Positions 13,464 through 23,770 of a stretch of 64,000 nt of DNA are shown here, piece by piece (the first letter of the stretch is position 1; the number at the start of each line of letters is the position of its first letter). The stretch lies in contig JYFJ02000264.1 of NCBI GenBank assembly GCA_000934665.2, positions 1-64,000 of the forward strand, given 5' to 3'. The notes beneath the pieces are model-generated. The model did not search any database. It was not told the DNA's origin and saw nothing but the letters and a program-made list of their open reading frames with translations. The position numbers were made by a program, and so were the translations under genes. The stretch is from Catajapyx aquilonaris. Its lineage: Eukaryota.

Positions 13464-13580
13464 ATGGTGCCACAACAGAGCGACAGTCGGTCTAGCAGTC
13501 CTAGCGGTACGGCCGGACCTGTCTTCGGATCCATGATGGTGGACAAAAACTCATCCACGCCGTACACTGACGCGACTCAG
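13464..13580 (+). CDS. SoxC: SoxC coding exon 1 (39 aa, MVPQQ...FGSMMVDKNSSTPYTDATQ)
   Basis: ATG at 13464 in context AGGATGG and donor CAG|GTTAGT at 13580/13581 (phase 0). The TPYTDATQ motif joins in frame to TKK..HIKRPMN of exon 2, as I recall for invertebrate SoxC/Sox14 proteins. Confidence 0.9.
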
Positions 13581-16500
13581 GTTAGTTGAGCTCCACGTGG
13601 TTTTTTAGCATCATGTTAGAGCCTGATGTAGGGTCTGTTCCCGCGTTTTTGGCGTCACTTCCTGGCTATTTCCCGCGCTGTGGTATCGCCAAGGACTCAA
13701 AGTGGCAGATGGGTGTTTCTACCTTTTGACCCTCGAAACAAGTTGGCCCTGTGCGGTCCACTGTTTCGAAGGGCACTATAAAACTGGCCGCCCTAGTACC
13801 GTTTGACCTGCCAATTTTTGCAAATTATTGCGAAACACTCCCAGAAAAATATTGAGAAGCCAGATGGCGATCCTGCCAAATTTTTTTAATGCGGAGACAG
13901 ATCAAAGGTTAGTCGTTCGCCTTGCCCCGAGACAGAAAAAAAACAGCACATTTGCATACGAATTGGGAGTCGTTACACGAACCAAAATTTCCTGTTGGGT
14001 CGAACACAATAATTATTTTTCACGAGTTTTTCTCGCGACCCCCTCCAGGCAAAGGAAAGGGATATTATCTTTCCAGCCGAGTTCCCAGAAAAGTGCGGAT
14101 GCATAATGTTGAGGGGGAGGAAAAAAAAGTATGTGTTTGTAAACAAGTGCGAGCCGGTCTTGGAAAAAAGCGGACGAGAGTCAGGTATCATTTCCTGTGT
14201 AGATATGACCAGATTAGTAGTGATAATTGTCAAATGGATATTGCGTGGGGGGTTGGGTGGGTGGGGGGGGGGGGAGACACACGCATTGCTGCGTATCTGT
14301 CGGCTTGTTATCAAACGTTAGACCGCCAGCTGATGTGCGACTGTATATACGGAGGGAAATGATCCCGGGGTGAGCGACCCGACTGTGTAGATAGTATGGG
14401 TGACCTACGCCTACATGTGTGGATTATGCGCATATCTGCTCCGCTCCCTGAACATGGATTAGGTGAAAGTCTACGCGTTAGAAAAATACATGGTATGAAT
14501 GAGACATTGCAAAAGTTGGCTACGCAGTGTTTTTTTTTGTTCTTGTATGATGTTGCAAGACGGAGCATGCTGGGTCCGTAATCAACGCCTCCGCGGTGTT
14601 TTGGCCGAATCCTGTTGACTTGCCACCTTACATGTTTTTTTGGCAGGGGTTCAACTCGTCAAGGTTCCACAACCGCGCGGAGATACAATTTTAGCTAGTG
14701 TCGGTGCCGACTATCGTAATCATCAACCTCGAGGAGAGCTGCAAATATGGTGGTAAAGTGGCAGGGAAATGGGTGACTCTGTGTCACCGGTGGCAAGGCC
14801 GATTGTTGCGAGTGCGGGTAATAATCCGTTTGGAAGGGACCGGATCGCGTGACAAGAGGAATATTGTACGAGTGACCCACAAATTTGCACCAGCTGTTTT
14901 TGTCATTGGGACTGCTGGCACCCAGGGGCGAGGTCGATTGTTGGGGCGGTAATAATGCGTTGTGCCGATCCTGATGATTGATCGCGTGACCTGCCGATAT
15001 TGTTCAAAGTGACCCAGAAGTCGAGTTAGGAGGAGATAAAACACGCGAGTTGGGAGGATAGGCCCAGCTCCGGCCGCCATGTTGCGGGAAATGTCGGTGA
15101 GGGCTCAATGCCGAATTGGGGGGTAATAATTAGTGCCGAATAATTACGAGGAAGGAAAAACCTTGGTAACATGTCCACGTGAAGCTGTGGACCTTGGCCT
15201 TCTACATATGCACCCCACCCCTGTACCACCGCCGACCGAAGCAGACACGATTTCGCGTGAGATAGACGTGATGGCCTTGCGCCGACGCCCTCAAGTGCAA
15301 CAGGCTTCAACGTACCCACCGTGCTGTTGTGTGTTGCCATTACTATTTATTGCCCACCCCCCTGACCCCGTTTTTGCCATTTCCCAACAATGGTTCGCGT
15401 ACCGGAAAAATGGAACTGGCGCCCTTGACATTGTTGCCCGGAGAATGGCGATTTGCTCGACTGCGCCTCATTAGTGTGGGAAGCTCCGATTCCGATTGAC
15501 GTTCCAGTCTCTCGAAACGTAAACTTCTCCCCCCCCACGTGGGGGTCTTTTGAGCGTTGACCTTTGGCCCTGGCCCCTTCATCACGCAAAGTCACAAATG
15601 TAGACTGTGTGGGTGGAAGCTGGCCGAGTGATTGTCCCCCGACGAATTGACGACCGTCTGAGGCATTGACCTTTTTGTTTCAATTCACTCGACGACGTGT
15701 CGAAGATGACAGTGCTGCCTCTCTTCCGGCCGGTGGGGCTACTAACCAGATCAGTGTTGCCAAGGACGAGTTTGTTGACCACCTATATAGCACCTATAGC
15801 ACTGGCAGAGCATTAGCATCACATCATACGTCGGAATGTTGTTAGAAGTAGGCCGTTGGCCTTCGTGCGACAGGATATTTTTGTTGTGTGCGAGAGGCCG
15901 AAGAGGTGCTTGGCAGGGCTTATCGGATGGACCGAAATATCCCCTCTCCCCGCTTTACAAACCTAATCCATCTTGTTGGGTTCAAAGTACACAGGTAGCA
16001 CACCAGAAATCGGCCTTACATAACCCGTCTGGAATTGGATGACCAGACTATTTTTTATGCCCATGTTTATTGGTGCACCCCTCCCCACCCCGCCACCCCG
16101 AGCAGGTGAGAGCACCCAGAGGATGTTGCGAAACCTTGACCTTGGAGAAGAATCTTGCTCCGGGATAGCCTTCCTAGACTTGCCTACCACCCACCCGACC
16201 CCGTTTGTTATGCGCCTGTCCTTGAGGGGTCACTCACTCTGGATGTGCAAAATAGCCCCTTTCGCAAGTCCGGAGAGGAGGAGGGGAGGGGGAAGGGGAG
16301 CACCAAATATTGCATCAGCTCTGGGATTGGATCCTATCCAATTCGCCAAACCGACCAGGTAACGCACCGGTTATGAACTCTTATCGTCCCTTGCACTCCG
16401 GCGTAATAAACTCGGCCGATTGTGCGAAGGTACGCTCACCTAACAGAAAAGTTTTGCGAATATTTTTTTTTGGAACCCTATGGCCAATTGGGATACCCCC

Positions 16501-16950
16501 CACGTCATTTGCATGTTGCAAGTAAATGGTGGGGGGAGCAACCCTAGAGTGGCAATAGGGGACGTTCACCCCTACAAAATGGATCGATCCCCAACTCCCC
16601 AATGAATATGGGGGGGAGGTGAACTCCCTGTCAAGGGTAGGTTTTTGCAGCATTTGCAAAAAAAAATCGTAGAAATTGCGCGGTGCTTTTCGCGGTCGTA
16701 CCAGGTAGTCTTATGCAAGACATGTGCGGAATTGGCGGGAAAGGGGCGGCCATGTTCGATGTTGGATCCCGCCAAAAATGAGTCAGACCTTCGGCAGACG
16801 AGCGAGGTCGCTGACATGATGGCCATGCTGCGCGCGAGGAGTTTTTTTTTTTTTTTTTTTTTTTGCGAGCGAATATTGGCGCGAGGCCAATTGCGCGCGA
16901 AGGGCGTGTTGCGCGTGTATGTGTAACATTTCGATTCTCGGGATGTGCGC

Positions 16951-17019
16951 TGCCATCTTCATAGAGGAAACTAGTGATTCAGTGCCCATCTTTTATATCA
17001 GAGGAAACTAGTGAATCAG
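16951..17019. repeat. Two-copy imperfect tandem repeat in SoxC intron 1
   Basis: AGAGGAAACTAGTGA is identical at 16963-16977 and 17000-17014. Each copy is preceded by CCATCTT and followed by (T/A)TCAG. Confidence 0.85.
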
Positions 17020-17427
17020 CAATTTCGCGTGGGTTGATGGCATTGGGCCACTCATTACCGTTATCCAGCCTTAATTGGGCGGCTATCAGTTGTGTAAAGG
17101 CGCGAAAATATTGTCGCGGGTGACGTCACTCGGTAGAAAACTGATTGCTGAAAGATCCGGACAACCTTGGCCCGAGTTGAGGACCATGTCGAAACCGCAA
17201 TTCACAGACTGGCCCGATTCAATTACATTTACATCAGGGCGTTACTAATCTCCTTCGAGAGAGTCTTCCTTACCCCCCAAAAAAACGTTTTTTTATTTTT
17301 TTATTTTTTAAGGAAAGGGGGTGGGGTATGTTTATGGTGTTTAAAAAAAAGGAAGGTTCATCGAGGCGGAGAATTTGGGTCGGTTGCACGTTTGGCCTAC
17401 TTGGGTAGCAAAAGGGAAGGTCCCCCC

Positions 17428-17436
17428 NNNNNNNNN
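17428..17436. other. Assembly gap (9 N) within a C-run
   Basis: nnnnnnnnn flanked by poly-C. Confidence 0.99.
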
Positions 17437-18846
17437 CCCAAACCATTCTTTTTTGATCATCCTTTCCCTCAACCGTGGTTGTTGTTGTCCCGATTCAACG
17501 ACTATCAAGCGAAGGCGAAAGTTTGGATGAGATTGCACTCGAACGCCTCCGCATCTATGGCCCCGACAGGGACGAGCAATTAAGATGGAGGCGCCCTAAA
17601 AATGAAAGCGTAGCAGTAAGACACGGCGATTTGGAGGCCACGTGCATTGATGCAACCATTTTTTGAAGGGGAAGGACTTGGGGGTATTGAGTAAGCGGAT
17701 TTGGTCGAGTGTGAAGTGACGTCATGGGAGCCAGGTGAACCTTCACCCGATTTTTTGGGAGGTTTAAAAACGCCACGTGCTCAATTTTTAGGCAGATGGG
17801 CCACTGTTTCTGCGATGACATTTCGCAATTGTATGGCCTTCGAAAAGTTCTTCCTACTTGGAGCTAGGGGACCTTGAAGCCTTCTCGAAGCACTTTCTCT
17901 ATTCTTTGATGCTATCAACACCACACCCAAATGGTACTAGAAAAGTAATGCATACGCAATTTGCACTTGGAGATTGAATGTCAGCGGCTAGGCGCCCATG
18001 TAGGCGGGACAGGTTAGGTCAGTTTTGTGTCAGAAAAGTGTGGGTCGCAACCGGTACCTGTTTCAGAAAGAGCTCATCTTTGGCCTGCTGCCCTACTGTT
18101 TTTTTCCGCGGGTGTTTTTTTTTTGCCCACTTGTCATCCTGCAGTTGGGCAAACCTTGAACCCAGGGAGGTCTTTCCGCCCTCCCTCGGCTTCTAAGTTT
18201 AGAGTTTTGATGGCACTCCTGTTCAATGTCCTCTCTCACTTGGTGTGCACATGGGAGAGGGGACTAACCTTCTAGTGGTAAAATTTTGCTTGGCATAATG
18301 TGTCAAAATCTTCGAGGCAACAGCAGCAGCAGGAAGATGCCTGTAACCGCTTGCCTTGACCATCAATTTGCCAACTGCTGCCCACTTTCACTGACCCTCA
18401 GCCAAACAAGTTCAAGTACAAATTTCTCTTTCAGTAGCCTACATATGCATCTCGTAATGATACCGGTGTTCTTCTGCCCGTGAAATCTGAACGTGGTTAT
18501 GCAACTGGAGGCCTACCCCAGAAAAAGGAGTAAGGGGGGTGTAATTGTAGTTGCCCACCGCTTGCTGAGGTTTTCTATTGTTGCGGTTCGAAAGTTTTGA
18601 TGCTATCCTTGGAGAAGGACCTTGGCTGCCATAATTATTGTGTCACTGTGGCACTGGATATAGGCAAACTTCTATAGCTGGGATTGGCAAAGAACTACTC
18701 GAGCGTATAACTTATTAAATTTGATGCAAAGTGGGCATATAAAAGAGAAGATTAAATTCTGAGAAAGGCAGGAGTAATTAAAATGACAGAAGATGGTCGG
18801 TTAGCATGCACAGTTTGGTAATAAATCGTCATGTTACTCTTTACAG

Positions 18847-19743
18847 ACAAAGAAGAACAATCCAAATCACATCAAGCGTCCCATGAATGCATTCATGGTG
18901 TGGTCCCAGATAGAGCGGCGCAAGATCTGTGAGCAACAGCCTGATATGCACAATGCAGAGATCTCAAAGCGACTGGGAAAGCGATGGAAGATGCTGAACG
19001 ATGAGGAGAGGCAGCCATACATTGAGGAAGCAGAGAGGCTTAGGGTCCTCCACATGCAGGAGTACCCAGATTACAAGTACCGTCCCAGGAAGAAGATGAA
19101 GCCCAACCCAAAGCCCTCCCCAAAGAAGGAGCGGGTCAAGAACATGAGCGGCTCATCCACTTCTTCTTCCTCATCGTCATCCTCCTCCTCCTCTACCACC
19201 ACTTACTTGCCAGTGGTCTTATCAGGAAGGCTCAGCAATGACACCAACAACAATCATCATCACCACCACCACCACCACCACCACAGTGTTGGAAGCAGTG
19301 TTTTCGGTAGTGCTGTGAACAAGATGGTGACCAAGATGGTCAATGCCCGCACTCGCTTGACCCCAACCACTGGAGGAAGCTTGAGCTCAGTGAACACAAA
19401 CAGGTTGAAGCTCAAGCTCACTATTGACCGCAAGTTTAAGGAGAGCATCAGGAACAGCAAGCACGTGCCCATACCAGTCAGTCAGTACACCCCTCCGGCC
19501 AAGGTGCCGTCCAGCCCTTCATGTGACACTCCAGACTCACCTGAGAGTGCCTCCTTCTATGATGATGATCACAAGGGCCGGGTTGGAATTGCCTCATCTG
19601 TGGCATCACCTTCCTCGTCATCGTCATCCTCCTCCTCCATTTCTTCCCCGTCACCCATGTCAGTGGATTCAGAGACATCTGTGCCAGTTGTTATCAAGAC
19701 AGAGCCAGGGATTAAACCTGCTGGTCAGCCAGAAACTATTCCG
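18847..19743 (+). CDS. SoxC: SoxC coding exon 2 (299 aa): HMG box, poly-Ser, poly-His and central motifs
   Basis: Acceptor ctctttacag|ACA at 18846/18847. Sox HMG box at 18868-19095: [43 protein letters not shown]...[15 protein letters not shown], with group-C signatures ([31 protein letters not shown]). Donor CCG|GTGAGT at 19743/19744 (phase 0). Confidence 0.97.
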
Positions 19744-20534
19744 GTGAGTGACTGTTCCCATCTCTAGCATGTTTCTTGTCAGTTTTATTGTCATCTTAAT
19801 ACATGTATCATACATATTGTCAGTGTAAGTTGAAATTAGGCATTTTTACAGTTAATATTTTGTTTTTAGATATGGAATGTACTTTTAAATTTTAATGCAG
19901 TTTCCATCTTAGATGGAATAGTGAACCCACGCGAAGTATTAATAGGGAAATAGTAGTTATGCTGAGTTTCATGATAGTCAGCTCCATGTCAATAGAGGTC
20001 TTGTGCATGTTTCTGAGTAAAGTTGCCACTCTACTTCACCAAGTGATGGGCTGCCTGTGCAATGCATACAATAATACAAATCATGTAGCAGTGTGAATTG
20101 CTCCTGCATCAGGTATTGACAAGGGTATGCCTTCGAAATGAATGACATAAATTACGACAGCTTGACATAGTTGCCATGTGCATTTTCAGGTTGGTGTGAT
20201 TAATTCAATTAATGATAGACATTTCGTAGCATTAGGTTTCTCATGCAATATCTCAGTGATTGAGCCCTTGTTCCTACTTTAACATAACTCTGGTAATTCT
20301 AGCATCGCCAGTGAATTTTCCAGACAGGAATTTTATCTTGGTCTGTTGAACAGCATTATAAACTAATTAGCAAGTATATTCATTAAACATGTGAAGACCT
20401 CTGATTGTGTCCAGTGGTTTTTCAAATGTATTAGTTTTATGGTAGGGTGGTAGACTATTTCCACAGAGTATTTTTGCTCTGTGTTTGACGGCACTGTAAT
20501 AAGCTAACCAAATGACGTTGTTTTGTTCCCACAG

Positions 20535-20912
20535 CTTGAGGCATTGCCAGCATTTTTGAAGGGTGGCTTGAAGCACATGCTGAAGACTGAGTTGAAGACG
20601 GAGATCAAGGAAGAGCCTATAGATCCAGCGGACATAGTTCGCCCCCTACCACCGCCACCTCCTGCTAACAATGCTGAAACCCCCTCCCTTGCTGACCTTG
20701 ACTCCTTAACCGACCTGCTGCAAATGCCTCTGGATTTCAAGATGGACCTGGACACACTGACCACCGATCTGGACAACATTGATGCAGCCAGCACTAGCTC
20801 GGGATCACACTTTGAGTTCTCCTGCACTCCAGATGTGTCCGACATGCTCTCAGACATTGGGGTCAGTAATGATTGGGTGGATAACAGCTTCTCCAACCTC
20901 ATTAACTGTTAA
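20535..20912 (+). CDS. SoxC: SoxC coding exon 3 (125 aa + stop): C-terminal transactivation domain
   Basis: Acceptor ttttgttcccacag|CTT at 20534/20535, in frame with exon 2. Ends ...SSGSHFEFSCTPDVSDMLSDIGVSNDWVDNSFSNLINC-TAA, matching the SoxC C-terminal GSHFEF...TP.VS.M...DW....SNL domain. Confidence 0.95.
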   Translation, partial: LEALPAFLKGGLKHMLKTELKTEIKEEPIDPADIVRPLPPPPPANNAETPSLADLDSLTDLLQMPLDFKMDLDTLTTDLDNIDAASTSSGSHFEFSCTPDVSDMLSDIGVSNDWVDNSFSNLINC

Positions 20913-23770
20913 GAAGATGGAGAACCTGAGGACATCAGCAGACTTTTTAAAAACTCTTTCCTTCTGAGTGTGCGCGAGACAAAAACTTAAAGGATTTTTT
21001 AACCATCTATACATGTGTCGTCACAGAGCTGGACTTAAGGTATGGTGTCTTAATTGTTGTAACAGTTGCACTCATTTCCCTCCCTCCCCTTCCCCCATTT
21101 GGTTTGTCTTAAGAATCTTCAGGAAATTTAGGGATATTCAAAGGGTAATCAGGATTCAAATTTTTTTTAAAGATCTGTGTACATAAACACCACCTTTTTC
21201 GTTCCTATTATGACTTAAGTGATTTTTATATGCCTAGTTATTTGAAAGTGGCATCCTACATTTACTGGAGACTCTTGGACATCAACAGGACAATAAGTAC
21301 ATTACCTAAGCTCAAGATGAACCATACCCATCCACCTCCTCTCCTACCACAAAACAGTACAACAGCCTTTGGGCACTTTTTTTAAAAGAAACCACTGCGG
21401 TGTGATCCCGCTTATTTCCAGCCCTGTTGTTGCCATACATAACTTAAGGAGAATATTGCACATATACATACCTGGATAAACAAAAAACCACACACACAAA
21501 ATAAAATGTACCATTTCTCAGTGCCTCAACTACCTGACAAAGTCTGTATAGTCAAAAAAACAAAAACAAATTTTCAGCCTTGGGAGTTACCATACCAGCT
21601 CTTTTTTTTAAAACAAAAAATGCAGTTTGTTTGGTTTCTAAACATCTGTGATGAAAGTCTGACGTGCTTAGTGAAAATTTTGGCAGTTTTGCAATAATCA
21701 GGTCTCTTTTTTTGCTTAGAGGACTATAGTTATGCTCCTAGGCTGTGTTGATCTATGGTGGAAAAAAAACCTAGAAGCCTTTTTTATACTCGTGAACATT
21801 TTTTTATAGATGGGCTGTGATTTTTTTGGAAAACTTACCGGGATTTTACAAACAGGATTTTTTTTTTGACATGGCTTAGCTGGGCTCTCGCGACGACATA
21901 TCGGTAACACTATATATCATTTATGGCCAGCAAAAAAAATGAAGTTATAATCCCAAGTACTTACATTTTAAGATATTCTATACTGAATGCATAGTCAACT
22001 TAACATTGAGAATTTTGTCCATTACCCCCACATTTTTTTTTTTGAAAACAGTTAAGGTATAAACAAATCAATGTGTTGAGATTTTTTAAAAACATGCCCA
22101 CACTTCACTTTCCTGGATGTTGTTCTGTCACGTTGGCTAATTGCTTGATGTCTTCATGCATATTATGTTATTATTATTACCACTATAATGGGTAATATAA
22201 GGCCTCACCTTTAGGTTTCTACCACTGTAATTTTCCCTTGCAAAGAAGAAAAAAAAACTTTTTTTGGGTATAACCATGTATAGTGTGAATAGTTAAGTGA
22301 AAAACGGAGGTGGAATCATGACACCTTGCTACCAGGAAAAGCATTTATATTGTGGAAAAGGAATTTAATTGTAATGGGTAGTTTATGTGTGTATAAATAA
22401 TGGGGTTAGACTAACAGCACTTTTTTTGTAATCAAGATGCAAATCACATGGGCAGAAAGTGGTATGGTTAATTAATAATTACGCTTAAGGTACTTTTCAT
22501 GTTCTCACTATATGGACATGCTCAGTCATGTGTGTGCTGTATTGTGTATGACAAGTATCTCACTCTTCATAGGCCAAGTCCAAATATATCGCTAGATTGG
22601 TAGATTGGATCAGTCGTGTACAGTCAAATCTTTTGTACTGTCCTTTTCTTTTTTGGAATTTTTTGTATGAAGAAGGGTGAGGGGGGGGGCAGCTTTTTTT
22701 TAAAAAAAAACCACGTGACAGCAGCTGGAAGGAAGGCACAGTGTGTAAATGTCGTAACTTTCTAATTCATGTATGTTACAGCTCAAGTTATTTACACTAT
22801 TCATGAAATTCAGATTTGTGAGCAATGTGGGACTAACTCGTGTACCTTAATTTTGGGATGAATATGGCTATTATTTTGAGTTATTTGGGTTTATTCTGAA
22901 AGAAATTGGGCAAACTGTGCCAGATTATGTTTATAGATATGCAGGTAAACCATTACAATATTATATTACATATATCTATATCTATATCTAGGTAATTATC
23001 CGAACCTGGAAAGTATTACTGAGAAACAGGCAGGTGCGTATCTTCATTATTTTATTTTTTTCCTTTTTTCCTGCATTCCTAGCCAGTTGCAGAGAATAAA
23101 ACCAAGGCCTGTGGTAAAATCATGTATAGTCCAATGTGGTAGATAATGATAGGCCTTACTAACAGTTTGCCAGTCGAGAGTTGTGCAGGTGAAAGGTCAC
23201 ATAACAGTCTTGACCTCCACCTAATTTTTTCATCTCCTGAGCATTCATCTCATTTATATGGAACTGCAAGGGAAAAAAATCTGATGGACCAAGATGTTTT
23301 TTTAAATGGTGAGAATATTTTGTCACTACTTCAATTCTAAGTCAGTATCGTCGAATTCATTGAAGTAGTGCATAGTATTATGAAGTCTCTTTTTTTTGGT
23401 TATCGGCTGGATATTTATCTCTTCCAAGCCAGGTCTTTGTTATTTTAATTTCTTTTTTTGTATTTTTAGATATTTTAATTCTTGAGGAAAGTTCCATGTG
23501 TTGGCACTTGATGCTTTTGTTATGTTTCCACTGGTACAACTCTTCCCAGAAGTTTTAACAGGAGCAGTAAGAGATATAATTTATACTACAGTATATTAGC
23601 AATATTTTTGCATATATAAAGAACAGAAAAGTGTAAAAAGCTCTACAACATTTTTGTAAAACTTGAAAAATGTATATCTATACATATTACAACTTGAAAG
23701 CCAACTTGTACATTTTGTATTGTAGGTTGTTGAGATACATCTAAATACATACGGATTTTAAAGGAGCTTT
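20913..23770 (+). other. SoxC 3' UTR (end uncertain)
   Basis: AT-rich, CpG-poor sequence with U runs and TGTA words after the stop. Candidate poly(A) signals are AATAAA at 21500-21505 and 23095-23100, and UTR-like composition continues to about 23750. Confidence 0.5.

Noticed and set aside
18883..19767. Treating the 294-aa ORF as a complete single-exon Sox gene
   Set aside because: It starts inside the HMG box and lacks the C-terminal domain. In-frame splice sites link it to exons 1 and 3.
20504..20902. Antisense ORFs over SoxC exons (also 19260-19472 and 19478-19678)
   Set aside because: Shadow frames of the coding strand.
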